Positions 1-8,918 of a stretch of DNA of 64,000 nucleotides are shown one piece after another. The position numbers and the translations under genes are program-made. The stretch's first letter is position 1, and every line of letters starts with the position of its first letter. The stretch lies in the IMG/VR virus record IMGVR_UViG_3300031715_000001, positions 1 to 64,000 of that record; one strand, written 5' to 3'. Source of the DNA: a virus. Below the pieces are notes generated by a model that saw only the letters and a list, made by a program, of their open reading frames with translations, ran no database searches and had not been told where the DNA came from.

Positions 1-23
1 CAATCGAAGAGTATCTGGCGGCC

Positions 24-587
24 ATGGTCGATACCGCCGATCTGGTTTCAGACGAGGAACAAAAGGAGTTCCTCGTTGAATTCCAGCAAGCACTGACAGT
101 GGCGGTCGACAAGCGCGATCGCGTCGGACAGTTCCACGCGCATCTGGAAATCCAAACTGCGCTGGCCAAGGCGGAGATCGATCGCCTCCAAAAGCGCAAG
201 GCCTTCTATGAGCGCGCCACCGAGAGGCTGGAGGCTTATCTGATCAAGGTGATCGAAAGCCTGGGCCAGGACGAAAAAGGCCGCTACCGAAAACTCGAAG
301 GGAAGACCGTGACCTTTCAGGTACGGCCTTGCCCGGCTTCACTCGACGTTTATGATGAAGCCTTGGTCCCGAGCCAATACAAGATCGCCGAAGTAAAACT
401 CCCGGCGCCGCTGTGGGAGGAATTGATGGAATCGATTGATCTCGATACCCGAACAAAGATTCTGGATCAGGTGAAAGCCGCCACACTGACGATCTCTGCC
501 GCGTCGGTAAAAGCTGTCCTCAATCAGAAGGAGGCGGTCCCCGGCGCGCGGCTCCTCGAAGACAAGCTATCGCTGAGGGTCTCATGA
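24..587 (+). CDS. Siphovirus Gp157-family protein (may begin before the window)
   Basis: Coiled coil AKAEIDRLQKRK..ERLEAYL, then EALVPSQYK and C-terminal VPGARLLEDKLSLRV, typical of Gp157. Confidence 0.75.
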   Translation: MVDTADLVSDEEQKEFLVEFQQALTVAVDKRDRVGQFHAHLEIQTALAKAEIDRLQKRKAFYERATERLEAYLIKVIESLGQDEKGRYRKLEGKTVTFQVRPCPASLDVYDEALVPSQYKIAEVKLPAPLWEELMESIDLDTRTKILDQVKAATLTISAASVKAVLNQKEAVPGARLLEDKLSLRVS

Positions 588-961
588 ACCCTCTACCCTT
601 CGATGAGCGCCGCGAAAAACAGCGCTTCTGGATCACTCTCCCATTTACCTACTCCACCGTGGGACGGTGCCGTATCTCAGGCCGGGGAAAGACGCTCAAT
701 ATCTCAAGCTCGGGCCTGTTGATCCAGACCGAAGAAACCTTTTACGCTCGCAACCTGGAGCTATGTATCGAGTGGCCCGTTCTGCTCAATGAGTCAATCG
801 GCCTGCATCTGTGCGTCCGCGCTTTCCTGATCCGAATTAATGGAAACCTGAAAGGCTTGGAGATCAGGAGCCATCACTTCAAACTACGGGGCCGGCACCG
901 GCTAACGCCGAGCGAAGTGCCGGGCCGGGCCATCGTCGGTGCCATCCGGAAAACCGCGTAG
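584..961 (+). CDS. Single-domain PilZ protein
   Basis: RxxxR motif (RREKQRF) and NxSxxG motif (NISSSG); start overlaps upstream stop. Confidence 0.75.
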   Translation: MNPLPFDERREKQRFWITLPFTYSTVGRCRISGRGKTLNISSSGLLIQTEETFYARNLELCIEWPVLLNESIGLHLCVRAFLIRINGNLKGLEIRSHHFKLRGRHRLTPSEVPGRAIVGAIRKTA

Positions 962-977
962 TCGGCATCAACCCGAG

Positions 978-1541
978 TTATTCTTCGGCTCCAGGCTTCA
1001 CAGAGGCTTGGGGCCGTCTTTGTGTCAACCCGGACGTATCCCTACTCAGCTTGTGTAAACCGGCCATCTTTCGGAACTTGGTCCGCAATACGCATACGGC
1101 GCGAAGGTAGCGCACGCGATCGAGCCTACTGACCGGAAAATCGCGCGCCGAGTTGAGATAAATTATGATGGACGCCTGCCTTCGAGCGGGTAACTCCAGA
1201 ATCTGTTTGTGGACCGCCGCGCACTGCTCCTCGCGAATGACCATGGTCTCGGCCGAGAGAATCCGGCAGTCCACGGCGTCAAGGGCATCCATCTGAATTT
1301 CCTCCGGTCTCCGGAGGGCGTGCCGCCGGCGCACCATGGTGTGAGCCGCGTTTCTCACGATCGAATGAAGCCAGGCGGACAGATTTCTCGCCTGTCCCCG
1401 ATGCCTCCAGGCCAGCAACGCCGCATCCTGAACGACGTCGTCCAGGTCGTCCGGCCTTTCGATGTAAAGACGCGCCGTCTGCCTCATCAGCGGCAGCGCG
1501 GCTTCTAACTCCATCCCGAACTTCTGATCGAACTCAGTCAT
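978..1541 (-). CDS. ECF-type sigma-70 factor
   Basis: Region 2 DDVVQDAALLAW..LSAWLHSIVRN; region 4-like ILELPARRQ. Confidence 0.8.
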   Translation of the reverse strand: MTEFDQKFGMELEAALPLMRQTARLYIERPDDLDDVVQDAALLAWRHRGQARNLSAWLHSIVRNAAHTMVRRRHALRRPEEIQMDALDAVDCRILSAETMVIREEQCAAVHKQILELPARRQASIIIYLNSARDFPVSRLDRVRYLRAVCVLRTKFRKMAGLHKLSRDTSGLTQRRPQASVKPGAEE

Positions 1542-1780
1542 GCTGGTTTTCTGACCACATCACAAGTGGCCAATATCAACTCTACGATGGAATGGACGCC
1601 GCGCTTCTCATAAATACGTGCCATCGTAGCTCTTACCACTTTCTCGTTTCGGCCCAATAATAGTGCGATCTCCGCCGGCTTCTGACCTCGGATCAGCAAC
1701 TCTTCTACTTCGCATTGGGGGGTGGATAATACTTGACCACCGCGCTCCGAGCGTAGATCTTTCGGCAGATGGAACCGCAT
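1538..1780 (-). CDS. LuxR-type HTH regulator (start uncertain)
   Basis: LLIRGQKPAEIALLLGRNEKVVRATMARIYEKRGVHSIVEL. Confidence 0.7.
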   Translation of the reverse strand: MRFHLPKDLRSERGGQVLSTPQCEVEELLIRGQKPAEIALLLGRNEKVVRATMARIYEKRGVHSIVELILATCDVVRKPA

Positions 1781-1947
1781 CTTATCAATATGCTCGCTTG
1801 CCGATACCCGTACCCCAGATCGTTCCACGTGAATCTTAATTGTTCCACGAAGAGTATGAGAAGCATTTTCCGTCCTGCGCCAATCTGGCATATGGCGCAG
1901 TGAAGAGCGGACGCACCACCGGGGCGATCCGTTCATTGGCTCCGATT

Positions 1948-1987
1948 CCCCGCATTTCCCGCATTTCCCGCATTTCCCCCGCATCCC
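1948..1987. repeat. 9-bp tandem repeat (CCCGCATTT) x ~4
   Basis: cccgcatttcccgcatttcccgcatttcccccgcatccc. Confidence 0.8.
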
Positions 1988-2136
1988 GTGCCGCCTCCGA
2001 TCAGGCCCTTGACCATAGCCCACAACTCCGCTGTAAGTCACTCCGTTTCAATGGGTTGAAGGGCCTGCCGTGCAGCAAGGTGCACCTTCCTGCACGGGTG
2101 AAATCAAGCGTTCTGGCCTACTGTTTGCCTCACCGA

Positions 2137-2736
2137 TTACCTCGCGCGGCGGGGGACTTTCTGCACATTCTGCAAGGCCAGTCGGAGCGTCGCCTGGGGT
2201 ATTCCCATCTCCATTTCCATCGCCCGCCAGCTCAGCCCTGTGGCCCGCAGCCGCGCGGCTTCGTCTCTCCGGAAGACTCTTTTCGGCCGCCCGCAGTGCT
2301 TGCCCTGACGTTGTGCTTCGGCAACGCCGGCGCGCACGCGCTCGACAATCAGGTCCCGCTCGAACTCGGCGAAAGCGCCAAAGATGTGCATCAGGAACTT
2401 GCCCATCGGCGACTTGGTGTCGGTGTCGATGTTCTGCGAGGGCACGATAAAGCGGATCCCCGCTGAATCGAGGGTCTGGACGTTCTCGATCAAGTGCTGG
2501 AGGGACCGGCCGAAACGATCAAGCTTCCACACCAACACGACGTCGAACTTCTTCAGCCGGGCGTCCTGGAGCAGCCGGTCAAGGACGGGACGCTTGCCGC
2601 CAGCCTTACCCGAAGCCGTTTCCACGTATTCGGTGGGTTGCCACCCGGACCGCTCGATGTATCCGCGGAGTTCGGTAAGCTGAAGCCCGCAATTCTGATC
2701 TTCGGTGGAGACGCGGGCGTAGATGGCGGCGGTCAT
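2137..2736 (-). CDS. Serine recombinase (resolvase/invertase family)
   Basis: YARVSTEDQ catalytic Ser motif, VWKLDRFGRS, FAEFERDLIVERVRAG, C-terminal HTH. Confidence 0.95.
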   Translation of the reverse strand: MTAAIYARVSTEDQNCGLQLTELRGYIERSGWQPTEYVETASGKAGGKRPVLDRLLQDARLKKFDVVLVWKLDRFGRSLQHLIENVQTLDSAGIRFIVPSQNIDTDTKSPMGKFLMHIFGAFAEFERDLIVERVRAGVAEAQRQGKHCGRPKRVFRRDEAARLRATGLSWRAMEMEMGIPQATLRLALQNVQKVPRRAR

Positions 2737-2746
2737 TATGTGTTTC

Positions 2747-2795
2747 TGACGTAATCAAGTATTGACACAATCAAGATACTCTGACATAATCAAGT
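2747..2795 (+). promoter_or_regulatory. Sigma70 promoter overlapped by three TGACNNAATCAAG direct repeats
   Basis: TTGACA(2762)-17bp-CATAAT(2785); repeats at 2747, 2763, 2782. Confidence 0.7.
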
Positions 2796-3140
2796 TGTTC
2801 TGGGATACCGGGACAGAAGGAGCTTGCAATGGTCGAGCGGTGGAACTCCGCTCGTGGATTGTAACTTGCTGGTTCACTTGTGCTCATGAAAACTAAAGCT
2901 AAATGGGGTGGCCGGCGTCAAGGCGCCGGCCGCCCATTCTCCAAGCAACCCCGCTGTAAATGTGGCGCGATGACACTGAAGCGCGCCAAGGCCCGTGCCC
3001 ACAAGTGCTAGCGACCCGCTCCGAAAGCCTCAGAGGGCGTACGACCCAGGGTCGCAACCTACGAGCCGCATCCGAGGAAAGCCTGAACGAAAAAAGATCT
3101 AAAGGGTGTACAATCTTTCGCAGGAGGGACACCGCGTCCT

Positions 3141-3356
3141 ATGCCTGGTCAACACTTCAAAGCCACACCCATTCCGCTCAACAAGATTCCGGAGCCTTTG
3201 CAGCCGGTCGCAAAAGCCTTAGCCCGCGATACCAACGCCGCCATCGTCACCGGGGATATAACAACCGAAGGATTGCACAAGTACTTCACTGCCTTGGACG
3301 AGTGGGTCACACAACAAAGGAATTCGCTACCTGAAGCCGCCGGCGCCGCAGGTTAA
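3141..3356 (+). CDS. Hypothetical protein
   Basis: ORF downstream of AGGAGG; converges on the minus-strand block. Confidence 0.5.
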   Translation: MPGQHFKATPIPLNKIPEPLQPVAKALARDTNAAIVTGDITTEGLHKYFTALDEWVTQQRNSLPEAAGAAG

Positions 3357-3544
3357 AGACGACTGGCTTTCGCGGCCATAGCCTTTAGCTTCTGGGTAGC
3401 TTTGACTTCATCTTCGGCATTCAAGCCCGCAATTTGTTTGCGCATGTTCTCGTTGTCGGCTTTCAATCTCGCACGTTCACGGTCTACTACGTCCCTTAAT
3501 TGAAGTAGAGGATCCCAAGCATTGGGAGTTTTCATAACCGACAA
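3353..3544 (-). CDS. Small coiled-coil protein
   Basis: Last ORF of minus-strand block; heptad pattern. Confidence 0.5.
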   Translation of the reverse strand: MSVMKTPNAWDPLLQLRDVVDRERARLKADNENMRKQIAGLNAEDEVKATQKLKAMAAKASRL

Positions 3545-3562
3545 GCTTTCTTAACAGATCTT

Positions 3563-3761
3563 CCGTCCTGCGCTCTCCTGACCACAGGCATCCAGGATGG
3601 GCGGCCTCGGGTAGGGGCATCCTCAGAGCCCGATCTTGTCCGCTCACAAGTAGACCGTTCCTGGATTCCCCTGGCCGATCCTGCGGATAAGTTGGGTTAC
3701 CCGTCTTCGCTTCTGGCCGACGAGCGCGGTGAAGAGGGACGAGTAACCGACCGTTCCGTTT
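3563..3761 (+). repeat. Family A hairpin element carrying nested B and C modules, long tail
   Basis: ccgtcctgcgctctcctg[B/C]acgagcgcggtgaaga..ccgttt. Confidence 0.9.
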
Positions 3762-4212
3762 ATTTGCCCGGCACTGAAGGTTTTACTTCGGTCTTTCGCC
3801 GTGCTTGAGCTTCTGCCAAGGACGGCTCACCCGTCGGAACGCGCCCGGTTAGTTCTTGCAATATTCGCTCCAGTTTTGCGATGTAGGCCAAGGCTTCGGT
3901 GAGCCTGCTGTTGACCAGGATATGAATCTCGCTCTGGGTCTCTTCAATGCCCGCTAGAGCAATGTTGGTTTTACTGGTGGTGGCAACGAGGGCAATGCGT
4001 GCATCCTCGACTTTCATTGCAATCTCGGCCGCCGCGGCTGTCGATTCTTTGTGGGCGGCAATTGTCGCAGCCTCGGTTCTGTCGTGAGCCTCGCGCGCCA
4101 GCTTGGCATTGCGATTCGCAATGAAGGTATTCACCAACGTTGCGATCGGGTTGGCCGCGATCACTCCAAAAGCTGAGATGGCCGCAGCCAGCGGAACATT
4201 GTTCAAATCCAC
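3760..4212 (-). CDS. Membrane-anchored coiled-coil protein (holin/lysis-associated?)
   Basis: N-terminal hydrophobic helix; EIHILVNSRL segment; lysis-block context. Confidence 0.5.
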   Translation of the reverse strand: MDLNNVPLAAAISAFGVIAANPIATLVNTFIANRNAKLAREAHDRTEAATIAAHKESTAAAAEIAMKVEDARIALVATTSKTNIALAGIEETQSEIHILVNSRLTEALAYIAKLERILQELTGRVPTGEPSLAEAQARRKTEVKPSVPGK

Positions 4213-4371
4213 TTAAATACCACCACGGAAAAAGATGAGCAGCAGGAAGATCACCAGCACCAGGCCGATGACGCCGATCCCACCACCAGCACCCCACTGG
4301 GAGTAGCCATACCAACCGCCTCCTCCACCGAAGACCAAGAGCAGGATGATGATCAACAGAATTAATCCCAT
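4213..4371 (-). CDS. Small Gly-rich membrane protein (DUF3309-like)
   Basis: MGLILLIIILLLVFGGGGGWYGYSQWGAGGGIG. Confidence 0.7.
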   Translation of the reverse strand: MGLILLIIILLLVFGGGGGWYGYSQWGAGGGIGVIGLVLVIFLLLIFFRGGI

Positions 4372-4373
4372 GT

Positions 4374-4655
4374 TCAGATTTCCTTTGAGTGTGTGTCCAC
4401 GCAATCGGTGGCGAGTGGCTGATCGGCCAGGAGTTTCACTGGCTGAAGTTTGTTGTTAAACGTCAATTGCTGAAGCCAGACGTCTCCGGTGAAGAGAATT
4501 TGCAGCCGTTCCAACCAAGTTGCATGCCAGCGCGAGGTGACCATACCGTCCGACCTGATTAGAGCGGGGAGTTCCTCGTACTGCGGTTGACCGGCGCCGA
4601 TGTTGCGTTCGGTTAAACCTGCGACTTCGTGGAGTACGGGCGATGCGGGTTTCAT
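4374..4655 (-). CDS. Hypothetical phage protein
   Basis: QPQYEELPA..SRW..W.ERL.ILFTG.VWLQQLTF; coupled to neighbours. Confidence 0.65.
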   Translation of the reverse strand: MKPASPVLHEVAGLTERNIGAGQPQYEELPALIRSDGMVTSRWHATWLERLQILFTGDVWLQQLTFNNKLQPVKLLADQPLATDCVDTHSKEI

Positions 4656-5785
4656 TCGATTATTTCCTTACTACCCTTGGCAATCAGGCTAGCGGCGCGA
4701 GTTGCGGCATTGGCTACCGCGAGCGCGATCCGCTGAGACGACGTCAAGGGAGCGCTGGTCAATTCCGAGGTAAGAGCACTTTGAGCGGCTTCGGACCGCG
4801 CGATCGCGGCGGTGACGTCCGAGACGTACTTGTTCACGTCCGTGATATATACCGTGGAACTGATCGGGGCGGCCGGTGGGACGACGACAGGCGGCGAGAC
4901 GGGAACCGGCGGGGGGACTACGACAACCGGAGGCGTGACGGTGCCACCCATGGAATTGAAATAACCGACCAGCAGCGAATACGTCCCGCTGGGAGCTTTT
5001 TGCGTGGCTTGGTTTGCCCAGTCCGGGTTTAGCACGGTGTACAATTCACCGCCCACCGAAGAGGCGCAATACTTCGCCAGCGCCGCCCACGTCATAATTC
5101 CGATCATGCCCCAGGTGCTGATGATGATTCCTACAGCGGTGTAACCGATCGCGACGACGCAATGACCATTGTTGGGGTCGGGATCGCCCGCTACGTCCCA
5201 AACAAATCCCGATTCGGAAGGGAACGGCGTGATCCAGGCGGCGGGAAGATTTAAGCCCAGTACATTGTCGCCGAACAGCCAAATTGTGCTCTTAACCTGA
5301 GCGACGTTGGTGGGATCGACCGCTAGCCATCCAGCGATCTTGTGAGAGCCGTCGGCGAGCAGCCCGTTTGCCTGCCAGTAGGTCAGGGCGGTGTCGATAT
5401 TGCAACCCTGGTCCGTAGACGGATCGGCGGGATTGAACTCGCCGCCGCTCATTCCCGTGTAGTTAAACTCTGTCTGTGTATCGGTGAAAATGATTGCGGG
5501 ACCGCCAGCATTGCCTGTAAACACGCCGTCGGCATGTTCGGTAGCGGCCGGTACACAGCAACCCAGGACATTATTGAGGTAAATCAGCAGCAGCGCAGCC
5601 ATCGCCTCAGGCGAGTAATCGATGGTCGCCGGAGCAGTCGGCAGGCTTTCGAGCGGAAGATAATCCTTGATCTTGGCGTGCGCCTCTATGATCTCGATTG
5701 GCGTCTGCTTTCTGCCAAAGAAGACACGCCTTCCGGTCAGAGGATGGATGACACTTTTTACTGGCATGATTTTCCTGTCGAGCAA
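4652..5785 (-). CDS. Papain-like cysteine peptidase with Pro/Val linker and helical C-terminal module
   Basis: LNNVLGCC (catalytic Cys), GHCVVAIGY (His), STWG. Confidence 0.7.
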   Translation of the reverse strand: MLDRKIMPVKSVIHPLTGRRVFFGRKQTPIEIIEAHAKIKDYLPLESLPTAPATIDYSPEAMAALLLIYLNNVLGCCVPAATEHADGVFTGNAGGPAIIFTDTQTEFNYTGMSGGEFNPADPSTDQGCNIDTALTYWQANGLLADGSHKIAGWLAVDPTNVAQVKSTIWLFGDNVLGLNLPAAWITPFPSESGFVWDVAGDPDPNNGHCVVAIGYTAVGIIISTWGMIGIMTWAALAKYCASSVGGELYTVLNPDWANQATQKAPSGTYSLLVGYFNSMGGTVTPPVVVVPPPVPVSPPVVVPPAAPISSTVYITDVNKYVSDVTAAIARSEAAQSALTSELTSAPLTSSQRIALAVANAATRAASLIAKGSKEIIE

Positions 5786-5835
5786 AAGATCGGGCTCCTC
5801 TTTGGGGGAAAGAGGAACCCGAGGGGAAGGAAGGC

Positions 5836-6075
5836 TTATTTCTTCTTAGCGGAGCTGGCGACGTCGAAGGCGTTGACCGTGGTATCGGCTGCGTCTACGG
5901 CGGCGTCCGCGGCATTGAGGGCGGTCTGCTGGGCGGGCGTCAGGCTGGCGGCCGCAAGGGCTGCGGTCAGCGCGGTCATGGTCGCCTGGGCTCGCGCGAT
6001 CGCGGCTTGAGAATCCGTGACGTATTGATTCACGTCATTGATGAACGTGGTCGGGTTTACTGGGCTGGTTGCCAT
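5836..6075 (-). CDS. Ala-rich helical protein, paralogous to peptidase C-terminus
   Basis: FINDVNQYVTDSQAAIAR vs YITDVNKYVSDVTAAIAR; AAGGAG RBS. Confidence 0.7.
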   Translation of the reverse strand: MATSPVNPTTFINDVNQYVTDSQAAIARAQATMTALTAALAAASLTPAQQTALNAADAAVDAADTTVNAFDVASSAKKK

Positions 6076-6115
6076 TGTCTTGAATTTCTCCTTGTGAGTT
6101 TTTGATTGCTTGAAA

Positions 6116-6292
6116 CTACGGTTTGGCCGTGGGGTCGAAACCCTTTACGGCCTGGTCTGCGGTCTTGACTGACGCATCAGCTTCATCCATTGCGATCTGC
6201 TGAGGGTTAGGCAAGCCTTGAAGTAGAGCGAGGAGGGATTGGTATAGAGAGGGCTCTACGTCTTTAAGGTGAAGGTCAATGTCGATTTGCAT
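6116..6292 (-). CDS. 58-aa protein absent from the ORF track (MQIDIDLHLKDVEPS...)
   Basis: AAGGAG RBS; QQIAMDEADASVKTADQAVKGFD resembles the 5836..6075 C-terminus. Confidence 0.65.
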   Translation of the reverse strand: MQIDIDLHLKDVEPSLYQSLLALLQGLPNPQQIAMDEADASVKTADQAVKGFDPTAKP

Positions 6293-6332
6293 TTCTCCTT
6301 TCCCTTCTGAAAACTAGATTGTGGAGATTGAT

Positions 6333-6460
6333 CCGTTTCGCGCTGCCGACCACTAGCGTTCTGGATGGGTGGCCTTGTCCCGCCGGATAAGCAGGGGTAC
6401 CCGTCTTCGCCCCTGGCCAGCAGCGCGGTGAAGACGGGACGGTAACCGGGCGGTCCGTTT
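6333..6460 (+). repeat. Family A element with nested B, long tail
   Basis: ccgtttcgcgctgc[B]gcagcgcggtgaaga..ccgttt. Confidence 0.9.
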
Positions 6461-6620
6461 ATTGGAACGCTGCGTGGATCGGAGCCCAGCCGAGCGCGGC
6501 CGTCAGGAACACCAGTCCCCAGGCGATCAACGCGCTGTTATACGGCCATACGGGATTACGGAAGTGACCGATTCCGGCGAGAATGAAAAGCACAATCGCC
6601 ACGATGAAACATGCGAGCAT
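6459..6620 (-). CDS. 53-aa two-TM membrane protein (holin-like), absent from the ORF track
   Basis: MLACFIVAIVLFILAGIG..ALIAWGLVFLTAALGW; AAGGAG RBS. Confidence 0.6.
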   Translation of the reverse strand: MLACFIVAIVLFILAGIGHFRNPVWPYNSALIAWGLVFLTAALGWAPIHAAFQ

Positions 6621-6632
6621 GAGAGTTCTCCT

Positions 6633-6902
6633 TTACGCTTTGGGCGGGGTTGGTACGGGCGCGTTCACGCCTGTAGCCGGTTCCTGGTTGGCGGCGGCGA
6701 GCGCTTGCACAGTGGAAGGTTGTCCGTGATCGCCACCCGTTACGTTCGAATCCTTGGCGAAGAAGCCCAAGACTCCAACCACTAAGGCGAACCATACCAG
6801 GGGGTCGTTGATAATTGCGACTAGCATTGTGTGTTTCGAAGCCTGTAATACACCGAGAGCTACCGCTGCAAGACCAGAGATAGTGGTCTTCCAAGAAGCC
6901 AT
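6633..6902 (-). CDS. Holin-like membrane protein
   Basis: MASWKTTISGLAAVALG..LGFFAKDSNVTGG. Confidence 0.65.
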   Translation of the reverse strand: MASWKTTISGLAAVALGVLQASKHTMLVAIINDPLVWFALVVGVLGFFAKDSNVTGGDHGQPSTVQALAAANQEPATGVNAPVPTPPKA

Positions 6903-6961
6903 ACTCGGAGTTTTAATCTGAATAGTCACATTTCCTTCAAGATGTAATGCATCAGGATTTG

Positions 6962-7025
6962 CCGTCCTGCGCTCTCCTGTCAACGAGCGCGGAGCACAGG
7001 GAACGCATTACCGGGTGTTCCGTTT
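6962..7025 (+). repeat. Family A element, long tail
   Basis: ccgtcctgcgctctcctgtcaacgagcgcggagca..ccgttt. Confidence 0.9.
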
Positions 7026-7035
7026 ATTTGTGGGC

Positions 7036-7090
7036 TCAGAGCGCGCACGGACGAACTTGATCCGTTAACGAGCGATGAGCCAAGCGTGAA
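7036..7090 (+). repeat. Family D element
   Basis: gagcgcgcacggacgaa..gatcc..cgatga..aagcgt. Confidence 0.75.
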
Positions 7091-7107
7091 CCTAAAAGCA
7101 AGCTGAC

Positions 7108-7833
7108 TTAGAAGCCCATCATTTCCAAACCAATCCAAGGAATGACGAGAGAAGAAGATTTAGTAGGTTCACATGCCTCAATCGTCTTCAGTGGAACAGG
7201 AGGTAAATTACCCTGCCACGTCAGCACCGGAACAGGCGACAACTTGGCACGTTTCTTACTCGCACCATTGGTGTAGGAAATGGATCCCAATACAGTCCAG
7301 ACACCGGAGAAGGAAGGTAGGCCATTCGCCATCGTTCCGTAGGGCGCCAAGGTGATCGCTGGAGGAAGGGTCGGGAGGAAGGCCGCTTCGTTCGGTTGCT
7401 GGCCGATTAGATAGCTCTTGAACGATTGAGCCGCTGTGTTGCCGAGCGATGTCGCGGCCGTGGCCCGGAGCGCGATCCTGGCCGACATGCCGATCAGTCC
7501 TCCGCCCAGCAGTGCGACCGCGAAAGGGCTGACGAAGTTCAATGCCGCGATTGCCCGGCTCTTTTTGGAATTGTTGAAGGCTTTGTCCGCTACCGCCTGG
7601 GCGCGAGCCGCATTCTCGATCTCCAATGTCGGAAACCACTGCCTGATCATGGCTTCGGTGATGATCACCATCCCTGAGGAATAATTCGTCACACCTATGT
7701 CACAGGTCGCCAGGTTTTTGATTCCGAGAACATTGGAACGAATACTCTCACACTGTGCTGTTGCGGAGACTCCTACTGATTGACCTTTCAGTACGAGAGC
7801 GGTGGTCAGCAATACGACGAAGAACTTCAGCAT
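7108..7833 (-). CDS. Exported protein of unknown function
   Basis: Signal peptide MLKFFVVLLTTALVLKG. Confidence 0.6.
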   Translation of the reverse strand: MLKFFVVLLTTALVLKGQSVGVSATAQCESIRSNVLGIKNLATCDIGVTNYSSGMVIITEAMIRQWFPTLEIENAARAQAVADKAFNNSKKSRAIAALNFVSPFAVALLGGGLIGMSARIALRATAATSLGNTAAQSFKSYLIGQQPNEAAFLPTLPPAITLAPYGTMANGLPSFSGVWTVLGSISYTNGASKKRAKLSPVPVLTWQGNLPPVPLKTIEACEPTKSSSLVIPWIGLEMMGF

Positions 7834-7845
7834 GTGAAGAATGAT

Positions 7846-7908
7846 CCGTCTCGCGCTCTCCTGTCAACGAGCGCGTTGAAGACTGACGAGATCCCGGCCG
7901 TTCCGCTT
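7846..7908 (+). repeat. Family A element, long tail
   Basis: ccgtctcgcgctctcctgtcaacgagcgcgttgaaga..ccgctt. Confidence 0.9.
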
Positions 7909-8004
7909 ATCCCATGACGCCATCCCAGGAATATGAACGCTCCCTCCATGGTTTGGTCATCACCATCGGGCAGATCCATTACTTCGAGGTTGGCTTGCAT
8001 CGGA

Positions 8005-8265
8005 CTAGGCTTTCCACAATTTCTTAGCCGCTTCTCCGGCTCTTGCGAAACTCTTCGTATCGACTTCCGCTGGCTTGGTACAGGTCTGCTCGTTCGTCTC
8101 TCCGTTTGGATATGGGCAGCCTGTTAATTTTCTTATGAAGAGATTCCAGGGCCGTTCTAAGGCCATAGCCAAGGTCAGCAGTTCGTCGCCGGAGATGCTC
8201 TGTGCAGCGATTAAGGCGGGGACCGGTGCGCAGAACAGCCCGACGAATAACGCGCGTCTTGTCAT
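8005..8265 (-). CDS. Small exported protein
   Basis: MTRRALFVGLFCAP leader. Confidence 0.55.
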   Translation of the reverse strand: MTRRALFVGLFCAPVPALIAAQSISGDELLTLAMALERPWNLFIRKLTGCPYPNGETNEQTCTKPAEVDTKSFARAGEAAKKLWKA

Positions 8266-8372
8266 GGGCAGGTCTTATTTGCTCGGAGGCGGAGGTTTCG
8301 GTATGGGAACCCAGCGGTTGAGTTGGAGGTCGAACTGCTTTCCGAAGATAGTTTTCATTATCCAGGCGGTGA

Positions 8373-8918
8373 TCATGTTCGTGAACCTTCAGGCTTCTGT
8401 GCCATCTCGACCATCAGTTCCAGCGGGCACTTCGGACCGGGACATGGTTTGTCGCTGAAAATCTCGTGATGCCCGACGATGTGCGTGCGGTCAATCGGGA
8501 TGTCCCAGCGCTGGCAGATTTCCGCGATCAGAGCGGCGCTTGCTTCGATCATCGCCTCCGGCCACTCGTCTTCCAACTGGCCTTCGTGCTCTATTCCTAT
8601 CAGGAAGTTGTTGGGATTCGTGTTGCGGAACTGGAGGAGCAACGCAAGGGTTGGCGGTTGCGGATTCAGGCGGCCGGCATGAAACGCTCGGTCCTCTTCC
8701 TTCACGTATTGATGGATCTGGCCTTCTTTGCCGACGCCGTAATGCGCACTCGAGGGTGGTTCGTCTCGCTTCTCCGGTGTGGTCAGGAACCATGTGTCTG
8801 TTCCTATCAGCGTACCCGCCATTAAGTGAATGACTATACCTTCGGGCTTGTAGTCGAGACGGCCGGAGGCGAAGTTTCCTTCTGCACAGCCGATCCAGGT
8901 TTTCGATAAGATGGGCAT
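8373..8918 (-). CDS. N-acetylmuramoyl-L-alanine amidase (Amidase_2), endolysin
   Basis: IVIH, SSAHYGV, AFHAG, IGIEHEG, IVGHHEI, KPCPG. Confidence 0.92.
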   Translation of the reverse strand: MPILSKTWIGCAEGNFASGRLDYKPEGIVIHLMAGTLIGTDTWFLTTPEKRDEPPSSAHYGVGKEGQIHQYVKEEDRAFHAGRLNPQPPTLALLLQFRNTNPNNFLIGIEHEGQLEDEWPEAMIEASAALIAEICQRWDIPIDRTHIVGHHEIFSDKPCPGPKCPLELMVEMAQKPEGSRT

